Positions 10,408 to 18,414 of a stretch of DNA of 64,000 nt are shown one piece after another. Each line of letters starts with the position of its first letter. Within the stretch, counting starts at the first letter, position 1. The stretch is from NCBI GenBank assembly GCA_965217115.1, contig OZ244239.1, positions 582,392 through 646,391 on the forward strand. Reading direction: 5' to 3'. The notes under the pieces are model-generated. The model ran no database searches, had not been told where the DNA came from, and saw nothing but the letters and a program-made list of their open reading frames with translations. This DNA is from Bdellovibrionales bacterium (GTDB lineage: Bacteria > Bdellovibrionota > Bdellovibrionia > Bdellovibrionales > CAYMLA01). Both the position numbers and the translations under genes were made by a program.

Positions 10408-10484
10408 GCAGCCGTAGTTCAACTGGATAGAGCACCAGACTTCGAATCTGGGGGTTGCAGGTTCGAGTCCTGCCGGCTGCACCA
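10408..10484 (+). tRNA. tRNA-Arg (anticodon TCG)
   Basis: GCAGCCGTAGTTCAACTGGATAGAGCACCAGACTTCGAATCTGGGGGTTGCAGGTTCGAGTCCTGCCGGCTGCACCA folds as a cloverleaf by eye, with anticodon loop CTTCGAA and an encoded CCA end. Confidence 0.9.
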
Positions 10485-10574
10485 TTCTGACCTCCTGGGG
10501 CTAACCAGGTCCATTTTTTATGTTAAAATGGACAGGGTGCTGACTGTGTAGATTGGTCTTGCTAGAATAAACAC

Positions 10575-11012
10575 ATGGCTCGAAGTATAAAATTTTTAAT
10601 AATTATTATGTTCATATATTTTTCATGTCTAGCGGAGAAAAATAAGAGCTTAGAAAAGTCATTGCCTGCTAAGCAGGATTTTAGAAATATTTTTAATTTT
10701 TTAGGCCGTGATTTTGGGTGTAGAGCCAAGCATAGTTGGATTGGAATAAAACTGTTATCAAAACACATAATTCTACTCGAAAATGACGGTGACTCAGATA
10801 CCGAATATTATAGAAGCACCTCCTATAAAAAAGGAAAATTAAGTGCTGAAAATTTTCTAGAAGGACATTATGATTATACAACAACAGTTCGTAAGTCATC
10901 ATCACATCAATCAAAAATTGAACTGAAAGGGTACAAAGACCATTTGGAATTAACAGTTTTTAAAAGAAATTCTAAAAATCAAAAAAAACTTATTTGCAAA
11001 CCAAGACTTTAA
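10575..11012 (+). CDS. Hypothetical secreted/lipoprotein (145 aa)
   Basis: A hydrophobic N-terminus ends in FSC. No family was recognised. It is the first gene of the island 3' of tRNA-Arg. The RBS is weak. Confidence 0.45.
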   Translation: MARSIKFLIIIMFIYFSCLAEKNKSLEKSLPAKQDFRNIFNFLGRDFGCRAKHSWIGIKLLSKHIILLENDGDSDTEYYRSTSYKKGKLSAENFLEGHYDYTTTVRKSSSHQSKIELKGYKDHLELTVFKRNSKNQKKLICKPRL

Positions 11013-11014
11013 AC

Positions 11015-11108
11015 CACTAGGTAGCTGACCAAATATCTGCCCAAAAAGACAATGGAAAAAGGGCCAGTTAAGTAGCTGGCCCTGCGGTTAAAAACCATTC
11101 CTTAGAAA
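11015..11108 (+). repeat. Gene-terminal repeat, copy A (~92 nt) containing hairpin GGGCCAG-N8-CTGGCCC
   Basis: It is near-identical to 12047-12138, and its first 37 nt match 13825-13861. It starts 3 nt after the stop codon of the upstream ORF. Confidence 0.85.
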
Positions 11109-11233
11109 GTGAGTTGAAACTCTCGGTTAATGGAGTTCAGTTTGTCCTTCTGGTCGAAAGTCTAACTAAAATAGAACCTTCCCCCCTCCTAGATATTATA
11201 TTATAATGTTCCTGGACAACTAGGAGGTTGTAA

Positions 11234-12028
11234 TTGTTGAGACTTAGAAATTTTTTGGTTTTTTTTATTCTTTGTTTTTTATCTCTATTTTTATTTGGAG
11301 AAAGTAAGTCCGAGGTTCTTGGGCGAGTTCTAAATCTGAACTCGTGGGATATTGGCTCTGGTTTTACTTTTGACTCAAAAGGAGGAGTTCTATTTGATAG
11401 TGCTTTGTGGACTAAAAATGGTTCGACTTATACATCAAGAAAAGAGCCAAAGGGAGTCACTTTGAAGGAGAATGGGAATAGAATAGAAATCACTCGCTAT
11501 GACGACTCTAATTATGGAAACTTTTTTAAGGACGCTTCTATAACGGTGATTTTAAATAATAAGGTTTCTTCACACACTGAAGTAAGTTTTGGAGGAGCTT
11601 ATACCGTTACTCCTCTTCTTTGTCTAACTATGGCTAAAAAGGTTGGAGCAAAAAATTTTGATGATTTAAAAGAAAAAGGTCAACACTGCGGTAAGTTAGT
11701 TGATACAATTGTTTCTAGTATATTTAATGATACTGCATTAGAACTATACACTCGTGATATTCAGAAATCTAACCTTAAGAGGATGAAGTCTTCATCTGAG
11801 ACATTATCTAAAATTGTTACTGACCGGACAGAGCGTGCTGGAAACTGGATTTTTGACAGTAAGCCTCGAGAAGGTAGATTTTTTAATAAATCCTTAGGAG
11901 GAAATGCAGGGAGAGCAGCTTCGGCGGTGTCTGAGGCTGTAGATGTCTGTAGAGCACTTTTCCCAAATTCTTTATTAAGGCCTTCTAATACAACGACTGT
12001 CCCCAATAAAAAGTCGGCTGTCAATTAG
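11234..12028 (+). CDS. Hypothetical secreted protein (264 aa)
   Basis: A TTG start sits 5 nt after AGGAGG. It has an N-terminal signal-like hydrophobic segment. No family was recognised. Confidence 0.6.
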   Translation: MLRLRNFLVFFILCFLSLFLFGESKSEVLGRVLNLNSWDIGSGFTFDSKGGVLFDSALWTKNGSTYTSRKEPKGVTLKENGNRIEITRYDDSNYGNFFKDASITVILNNKVSSHTEVSFGGAYTVTPLLCLTMAKKVGAKNFDDLKEKGQHCGKLVDTIVSSIFNDTALELYTRDIQKSNLKRMKSSSETLSKIVTDRTERAGNWIFDSKPREGRFFNKSLGGNAGRAASAVSEAVDVCRALFPNSLLRPSNTTTVPNKKSAVN

Positions 12029-12046
12029 GTGGCCTGAGCCCTGTTG

Positions 12047-12138
12047 ACTAGGTAGATGACCAATATCTGCCCAAAAAGACAATGGGAAAAGGGCCAGTTA
12101 AGTAGCTGGCCCTGCGGTTAAAAACCATTCCTTAAAAA
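12047..12138 (+). repeat. Gene-terminal repeat, copy B
   Basis: By eye it differs from copy A by about 3 substitutions and one 1-nt indel. It starts 19 nt after the stop of the 264-aa ORF. Confidence 0.85.
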
Positions 12139-12139
12139 A

Positions 12140-12652
12140 GGTTCTTTGTGATAAATATTGGTGGAGCCAGTTTTTTTCTGATGAGCCGTTTTTTTTCTAG
12201 AGTATCTCCCAAAAGACTCTAGCCCTCTTCTTGCTCAAACATCCGTTTGTCACCTTCCATTGCAGAGAAATGCAATGGAAGTCGCCAAGCCAAACTCGCC
12301 GAAAAGAACTGGACTCTTTTGGAAGATACCCTAGAAAAAAATGCCGTATTCAATCAATGAGTCAATGGATCTTTAGTGTAATATCAAAGGGAATTGTACA
12401 AAAGACTGGGAAGGCCAAAGTGTTGGTTTAGAAATAGGTCATTTATTCTGAACAAATTCGATCGAAAGTTTGAAACGAATAATAATAAACCTGGGTTGGT
12501 TTAGAAAACTGAGCTCCATTAACTAGACAGATTTCCTCTATTTCTATGACTGACCTCCATGTATAACAACGCTGTTATCCATGGATAGTTTTAAAAGAGA
12601 ACCCTCAAGATGAGTCTCTTGGGAATAGTTCCACTATTTATCACAAAGAACC
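12140..12652. repeat. About 0.5 kb non-coding segment bounded by a perfect 17-nt inverted repeat (GGTTCTTTGTGATAAAT / ATTTATCACAAAGAACC); MITE-like candidate
   Basis: The IR arms are at 12140-12156 and 12636-12652. The interior contains a perfect 11-bp hairpin (12254-12281) and only a weak 66-aa ORF. Confidence 0.35.
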
Positions 12653-12749
12653 AAACATTACTTAAAAAATCAAATTTTTACAAGAATTGTCACTGTTAAC
12701 TTTTTAAACAGAATATCTTAGTTAACTGCCTGTAACTACTATTTGAGAT

Positions 12750-12765
12750 TGGCAGTCATCTTGCT
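12750..12765 (+). promoter_or_regulatory. Sigma-54 (-24/-12) promoter candidate TGGCAG-N5-TTGCT
   Basis: It matches the consensus TGGCAC-N5-TTGCW with one mismatch and correct GG/GC spacing. It lies about 55 nt upstream of ATG 12820. Confidence 0.55.
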
Positions 12766-12819
12766 TTAAATAGCACTGATAAGCTGAATTTTTATTCACA
12801 AAACTGTAGGGTTACCGCT

Positions 12820-13830
12820 ATGAGATTTCTTATATATTTTGTGTGTGTGGTGTTAACATTGAAGGTTGACGCAAACTCAGAACTAATAATTAGTAAAAAC
12901 TGTTCTGCCATTTTTTCTAGAACTAAATTAAATATTAATAATAAGGGAGCATCTCAGCAATTTGTAGAGTCCTTAAGGAAGGCACTCTTAGAAGTAAATA
13001 ATAACTTGGATCCATTAAAACAACCTGTAGGATATCGAATTGATCTCTACAAGGCTATTAAACACACGAGTAATTATAATGGCCCATTAAATCAGTTTGG
13101 AGTAATTAGGTCGTCTGAATATTATTCAGTCATAACTAAATCAGGAAAAATGCACTCTGTTCACCCTGAGTACAGTAAGGCAATTGCTGTACATGAATAT
13201 GGGCATGAAGTTTTTGCGCAAAATATTGGGCAATATATCACAAATACGAGGGTACAAGAATTTTTCAAAGGGCGCGAATTAATATTTAAAAATCAGCAAC
13301 AAACTAGTGTACTGAGGCAAAAAATTGAAAAATTGAAAAGAGCTGGTCTTAATAATGAAGAGATTATTGAGCATCCATACTTTGTAGAATTTGTAAAAAG
13401 ACGTGACTTAATAGACAAAGGGTTAAATGCTTATTCTATAAATGAGAAACAGAAGAATATTATTATTTCTTACGATGAATTATTTGCAGATGTAATAGCA
13501 GTTATCGGTACAAATAGACCTAGAGCGGTCTATCGTGCAAACAATGCAGGAGGAAGAGGCCATACTGGTAGAGACTTTACAGCACATACACCATTAAGAA
13601 GTTGGAAGGGTGCCTCTTTGCATGAAATGTTTTCCCCTACTAGGTCACATTTATGGAAACAGTATTTGTCCCATCCAAAATTTCAGTATGAGAAACCTAA
13701 GATATTAGAGGCTTTACTAAGAGCTATTGGTAAGGAAATTGATTTTTATACTTCTATTAAATTTGTAGATTTACCACATGAAAAAAACGCCAGATTAATT
13801 GACGCTTTTGGTAGGGAATTTGAACACTAG
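12820..13830 (+). CDS. Secreted putative zinc metallopeptidase (HExxH)
   Basis: It has a signal peptide, HEYGHE at codons 125-130 (nt 13192-13209) and a downstream ELFAD (ExxxD, gluzincin-like third-ligand motif). The family is not identified. Confidence 0.55.
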   Translation: MRFLIYFVCVVLTLKVDANSELIISKNCSAIFSRTKLNINNKGASQQFVESLRKALLEVNNNLDPLKQPVGYRIDLYKAIKHTSNYNGPLNQFGVIRSSEYYSVITKSGKMHSVHPEYSKAIAVHEYGHEVFAQNIGQYITNTRVQEFFKGRELIFKNQQQTSVLRQKIEKLKRAGLNNEEIIEHPYFVEFVKRRDLIDKGLNAYSINEKQKNIIISYDELFADVIAVIGTNRPRAVYRANNAGGRGHTGRDFTAHTPLRSWKGASLHEMFSPTRSHLWKQYLSHPKFQYEKPKILEALLRAIGKEIDFYTSIKFVDLPHEKNARLIDAFGREFEH

Positions 13831-13861
13831 GTAGATGACCAAATATCTGCCCAAAAAGACA
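13825..13861 (+). repeat. Gene-terminal repeat, truncated copy C (first 37 nt only)
   Basis: CACTAGGTAGATGACCAAATATCTGCCCAAAAAGACA. The TAG stop of the metallopeptidase ORF lies inside the repeat. Confidence 0.8.
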
Positions 13862-13955
13862 GATCGTCTCCACTCCATCCCTTTTAAAGGCAACCCTCAG
13901 AAAAATTGAAAAATTTACATCACTCGATGAATTTCCCCTTAAAGACATTGACATC

Positions 13956-13964
13956 TGTTATAAT
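13956..13964 (+). promoter_or_regulatory. Extended -10 promoter candidate TGTTATAAT
   Basis: A TGnTATAAT match lies about 90-160 nt upstream of the first paralog gene. There is no properly spaced -35. Confidence 0.3.
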
Positions 13965-14119
13965 GGTTCAAAAGTTTAAACTGAATAAAAAACTTTAACC
14001 CTACTAATTTAATTTCTTAGATTAACAGTGCATACTAAAGAAGGAGAATTATGATGAGAAAAATAGGACAAAACGAAAATGGCTCGGCGACCCTTGTCAC
14101 ATTAATGGAGAAATTATCT

Positions 14120-14731
14120 ATGAAAACATTAATTCTAATTATGGCAATATTTGTGTCTGCTCAGGCATCTGCTAATGCCCAAGTATTAACTCAGATTGTG
14201 AAGAACATAACTGGTTTGACGAGCACGGCTGGCAAGACTTCAAGGATTCAAAAAAAGGTTCTCAAAGAGTTTCTAGACCGACAGGTCATAAAAACTACCG
14301 ATGACTTTGGACGCATATCAGAAGTGAAATTTCACCAGACACTAGACGTTAAAAATCTTGAGCTTACAATGACTTCTCTAAAACCCCGTAAAAGAGCTGG
14401 AGGTCCAGATTGGACGATAAAAATCAATCATGTGGACTCTCTAGTTGAAGGGTTTAAAAAAGCAGACATTGATCGGTTGATAAAAAACTTTCTTAAAAGC
14501 AAAGGCTTAAAAGGGACACAAGTAAAAAATTCCAATCTCACAGACGTGAAGCATATGAACTATGGTATGCTCAATTATAAATTAAGCTCGCGCGCAAATG
14601 ATTCTTTTATAGAGATTGAATTAATCGATGTTAGCAGGATGTACAACCACGGGGATGTTATTGCTGGGCTTTTAGAGAAAATATCCACTAAATATCTTAA
14701 TTTTTCAAACTCAGCAGCGGCGTTGCTCTAA
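14120..14731 (+). CDS. Secreted protein of unknown function, paralog 1
   Basis: MKTLILIMAIFVSAQASANA signal peptide. The conserved GGAG lies 7 nt upstream of ATG 14120. A longer alternative start at 14051 has an AAGGAG RBS. It is homologous along its whole length to the next gene. Confidence 0.65.
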   Translation: MKTLILIMAIFVSAQASANAQVLTQIVKNITGLTSTAGKTSRIQKKVLKEFLDRQVIKTTDDFGRISEVKFHQTLDVKNLELTMTSLKPRKRAGGPDWTIKINHVDSLVEGFKKADIDRLIKNFLKSKGLKGTQVKNSNLTDVKHMNYGMLNYKLSSRANDSFIEIELIDVSRMYNHGDVIAGLLEKISTKYLNFSNSAAALL

Positions 14732-14765
14732 AGAAATTTTATAGCTAATGTCATTAAAAAGAAGG

Positions 14766-14801
14766 CAGACATTAAACCTGAGTATATGTCTGTGTCTTTT
14801 T
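14766..14801 (+). terminator. Rho-independent terminator candidate
   Basis: CAGACAT-N13-ATGTCTG stem followed by TGTCTTTTT, about 35 nt after the paralog 1 stop. Confidence 0.4.
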
Positions 14802-14936
14802 AACGAGGTAAATAATTGATCCCCAGCCGACAAGGCGAGAAGACCATGGCGGGGTCACTTTGCAGCGCCTAAAATGGCACCTGTCTCAAATATCTACAGC
14901 CAAAAGGCCTTAACTCTCTTAAGTGGCATTCTAACA

Positions 14937-14952
14937 TGGCACTCGTATTGCT
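14937..14952 (+). promoter_or_regulatory. Sigma-54 (-24/-12) promoter candidate TGGCAC-N5-TTGCT (perfect core match)
   Basis: TGGCACTCGTATTGCT lies about 50-65 nt upstream of the ATGs of paralog 2. Additional TGGCA boxes are at 14873 and 14924. Confidence 0.6.
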
Positions 14953-15015
14953 CTAATAGTGGAGTGAAATGACGTGAAGTCATTGGAAATAAATCAAACG
15001 ATGGAGAAAATATCT

Positions 15016-15609
15016 ATGAAAACATTAATTCTAATTATGGCAATCTTTGTATCTGCTCAGGCATCTGCTAATGCCCAAGTATTCACTCAGATTGTGAAGA
15101 GCACGATTGCAAGTCCAAGGATTCAAAAAAGGGCTACCCAACAGTTTCTAGACCGACAAATAATAGACATTGTCGATAACTTTGCAGGCATATTATTAAA
15201 AGTGGATTTTCACAAAACACTAGGCGTTAAAAATCTTGAGCTTACAATGCTTTCTCTAAAAGACTATAAAAAAGGTGCCGCTTCAGAATGGAAGATACAA
15301 ATCAAGCATGTGGACTCTCTGGTTGAAGGCTTTAAAAGAGCAGACATTGATCGGTTGATAGAAGATTTTTTTAAAAGCAAAGGTTTAAAATGGACACTCA
15401 TTAAATTTCCCAATAACATAATCGAGAAACATATAGACTCTGGCATGCTCAAATATAGCTTCAGCTCGTCCACCAATGACTCTGTTATAAATATTCGATT
15501 AATCAATGTTAGCTCGCAAGACGCCTACCAAACTATTATTACTGAACTCTTACAGAAAATATCCACTAAATATCTTAATTTTTCAAACTCAGCAGCGGCG
15601 TTGCTCTAA
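15016..15609 (+). CDS. Secreted protein of unknown function, paralog 2
   Basis: It has the same signal peptide and an identical C-terminal KISTKYLNFSNSAAALL as paralog 1. The ORF track starts at GTG 14974. Confidence 0.65.
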   Translation: MKTLILIMAIFVSAQASANAQVFTQIVKSTIASPRIQKRATQQFLDRQIIDIVDNFAGILLKVDFHKTLGVKNLELTMLSLKDYKKGAASEWKIQIKHVDSLVEGFKRADIDRLIEDFFKSKGLKWTLIKFPNNIIEKHIDSGMLKYSFSSSTNDSVINIRLINVSSQDAYQTIITELLQKISTKYLNFSNSAAALL

Positions 15610-15632
15610 TCCAAAAAGTGGAGAGATTAAAT

Positions 15633-17141
15633 ATGCGTCGTTATTCATCTGCTCTCTGGCTTTTTTCTTTGTTTCAAATATTTTTGGTTGGAAACACTTA
15701 CGCCGATCAAGTATCTTTAGATCAAAAAATTGATTTCTTAATTCGTCAAAAATCCTTTTTTACATTACTGAAAAATGTCAATCATCAGCATCTCTCCCGT
15801 TATCAAAAATGCCTTCAGAATCCAGAAGAGGATTTTACCATTACAGTTATCGGGGAAAATGCTCAAATGAAAGATTACACTCGTCCATGCAAGAAATTGA
15901 TCAAAATTCGTTTTAGAAGGTCCTTTCGGCTACACTACGAAAAAATGAGACTCTACCTTGCATTGAGCAAAACAAGGTACAGAGAATCCCCAGAAATAAT
16001 GTCTCAATCCAATAATATTGATCATAAACTCAATAGAGATATCTCACACCCATCATTTCTTGCCTACTTAGGGTTTAACTATCAACCTATGGATTTATCT
16101 CCTTTATCTGAAAGTGAAACGCGTAAAGCTCTAGATATGTACAGTCAAGACACAAAAGATTTTTGCATAAAATATAAAGAAAACCATTTGGATAAGAGAT
16201 TATATTTTCTAAAAAATGAAACTGATAAAAAACACTTAAAAGAACGGTTTTGTGAAGAATCTCTATTAAAAATCAGCAAAAACCTTGGCCATACAAAATT
16301 CGAAAGAGCCTCGAATCAATTAAATCTAGAGCAATTAAATAGAGATTACCATCGTTCAATAGAATATAACCGAGACAAACTAAGGGCTACATACAAGGGG
16401 CTCTATGAACAAACTATTTCAAAATACCCACTTCTGATATATGGAAAAACAGCTCACCCCACCAACAGGGAGTTATTAGATATTCTAGAGAAAATATCGA
16501 TGCACAATACTGCATTTAATATTAAGGTTGAAGATTATATCGTTGAAAATAACTTAGAGACTGAGATTAATAGTTTTCGCCAAGGCTTGCATAGTCCTAA
16601 GGAAAAAGAGGCCTTATTCGAAAACCTCCTTTTCTTTTTAAAAGAGGGTATTTTTAATGCCTATATGACTAAATACACACTGAACTCCCAGGATTCAGAG
16701 AAAATAAAAGAACTCGTTAAAGAGAAGAAAGAAACCATACAAAGAACAAATATGTTTAAGAGCCTGGGGCTTTTATCAGTTGCCCTTGGTAGTTGCTTTT
16801 TGCCTATTGGAAAAATTATTAAAGTGGCTCAAGTGGCTAAATATATAAAATTAGGTTGCTTTGTCTCTCTTGGAATACCGTTAAATCTATATTTTTTAAA
16901 CATCGCTTATCATGACTTTAATGACGGCTTGTCAGATGTCTTTTCCTCCCCTGATGGAGAGTATATTTTTGGTGATTTTCAACAACTCTCTAGCCATTAT
17001 CAAATGATTGTTTTAAATACGCTTCTGCTTGGTGTTGGGATTGGTCCCATCAAAGAATTTGTCTCTATAACCAAACAGGCGGCCATCCTTAGAAACCCTC
17101 TAAGAGAGAAGAAAAAAAACCTTGATAGATACCTCAATTGA
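15633..17141 (+). CDS. Hypothetical protein with N-terminal signal peptide and C-terminal TM helices (about 502 aa)
   Basis: ATG 15633 has a GGAGA RBS. The body is long and K/E/N-rich and probably helical, with 2-3 hydrophobic helices near the C-terminus. No family was recognised. Confidence 0.6.
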   Translation: MRRYSSALWLFSLFQIFLVGNTYADQVSLDQKIDFLIRQKSFFTLLKNVNHQHLSRYQKCLQNPEEDFTITVIGENAQMKDYTRPCKKLIKIRFRRSFRLHYEKMRLYLALSKTRYRESPEIMSQSNNIDHKLNRDISHPSFLAYLGFNYQPMDLSPLSESETRKALDMYSQDTKDFCIKYKENHLDKRLYFLKNETDKKHLKERFCEESLLKISKNLGHTKFERASNQLNLEQLNRDYHRSIEYNRDKLRATYKGLYEQTISKYPLLIYGKTAHPTNRELLDILEKISMHNTAFNIKVEDYIVENNLETEINSFRQGLHSPKEKEALFENLLFFLKEGIFNAYMTKYTLNSQDSEKIKELVKEKKETIQRTNMFKSLGLLSVALGSCFLPIGKIIKVAQVAKYIKLGCFVSLGIPLNLYFLNIAYHDFNDGLSDVFSSPDGEYIFGDFQQLSSHYQMIVLNTLLLGVGIGPIKEFVSITKQAAILRNPLREKKKNLDRYLN

Positions 17142-17199
17142 ATGAAATACTATGACAGCCTTGATGGATGCGCTAGTTATTAACTACGAGGGGATCTAA

Positions 17200-18414
17200 A
17201 TGAAAAAAATATTGAATGTGTTTGTAATCTTAATCACCCCTTTGTTCAGCGCCCTACTTACCTCTGCAAGTGACCATGTCGATGGACCTGTCACTAAGGA
17301 GCATCGTGTCGCCGATATTAGTGACTTCTATGTCTTTCAATCACCTGGGAACAAGAACAACACAACCATCATAATGAACACCTATCCGTTTGTAGGGAAA
17401 TCTGGGCATTTCTCAAATAAGGTGACATATGAGATTCATATCATTAACCTCAATATTAATAAATCAACGGGGATTTTTGATAAAAAAGAAAAAGCTAAGA
17501 TCGTGTGTGAATCAGTCACCCCACATTCTTCTCGTGAAGATCACTCCCTCTCTAAAATAACTTGTACCGATACGAAGGGAAACAAATCAATCGCCACCCT
17601 CAATGCTAGCCCAAAAAGTAATTTCAATAATCATAAAAATAATCATTTCCCTATTTTTGCAGGTAGAAGGCTTGATCCATTCTTTATCGATACCAAGTGG
17701 GCCACAGAAACAAACAATAGTGGAAAAATTAGCCCCTCTTCTGGAGGTGACAATGACATAGAAGATTTAAATGTCCTTAGCATTGCAATTGACATTAACT
17801 TAAAAGATCTCTTTGGTCATACTTCGTCAAAAATCTATGGCTTCTATGTAGAGTCACTAACACAAGACTCCCCTGGATCTGTAAAGAGAATCCTCGACAG
17901 AGTCGGGCGGGCAGAGATAACAAACTTCGCCATAAACCAAAAAACAGTTCCAGATATTAGAGACTCCTATAACCAAACCGATACTCTTAATATTCCACCG
18001 AGAAAGAAGAAAGAAATCCTTGATAGACTCCTCAATCAGATAAAATACTATGACAACCTTGATGGATACACTGACTGGAGTAAGAGCGAGCAACAACATC
18101 TTGCGAATATTTTTATAGATGATTTTCTTGTCATTGACCTGTCAAAACCCTGTTCTGGTAACGGCTTCTTGGAGATAGAGAAATCACTCATTGCAGGGAG
18201 GCCCCACGAAACATGTGGAGGAAGAAAGCTCACTGACGATATTGTTGATCGTATTTATACATATTATATATCCAAGGATAGAAAAGAATATGGCGACTCT
18301 GTTAATACCCCATCCAAATCTTTTGGAAAAAGCTTTCCCTACCTAAACACGCCAGCAACAGGAGTCTGGGCTTGGATAAAAGCTAAATTTGCATACAAAA
18401 AAGCAAACTTTTAA
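17200..18414 (+). CDS. Secreted DUF4331-like protein
   Basis: A signal peptide is followed by SDHVDGP...VADISDFYVFQSP, resembling the SSHREAP...D.TD.YAF.SP N-terminus of DUF4331 proteins. GAGGGG RBS. Confidence 0.55.
   Translation: MKKILNVFVILITPLFSALLTSASDHVDGPVTKEHRVADISDFYVFQSPGNKNNTTIIMNTYPFVGKSGHFSNKVTYEIHIINLNINKSTGIFDKKEKAKIVCESVTPHSSREDHSLSKITCTDTKGNKSIATLNASPKSNFNNHKNNHFPIFAGRRLDPFFIDTKWATETNNSGKISPSSGGDNDIEDLNVLSIAIDINLKDLFGHTSSKIYGFYVESLTQDSPGSVKRILDRVGRAEITNFAINQKTVPDIRDSYNQTDTLNIPPRKKKEILDRLLNQIKYYDNLDGYTDWSKSEQQHLANIFIDDFLVIDLSKPCSGNGFLEIEKSLIAGRPHETCGGRKLTDDIVDRIYTYYISKDRKEYGDSVNTPSKSFGKSFPYLNTPATGVWAWIKAKFAYKKANF

Noticed and set aside
12231-12431. 66-aa basic ORF inside the IR-bounded segment
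   Set aside because: It has a non-ATG start, no RBS and no recognisable domain, and it overlaps a perfect 11-bp hairpin. It is more likely non-coding.
11015-13861. Integron-like gene cassettes, with the gene-terminal repeats acting as attC sites
   Set aside because: No intI-type integrase or attI is nearby. The repeats lack the paired RYYYAAC / GTTRRRY core sites at their ends: the only GTTAAGT lies in the hairpin loop. At least two of the genes have their own promoter-like elements. The cassette-shuffling idea is kept only as a minor alternative in the repeat finding.
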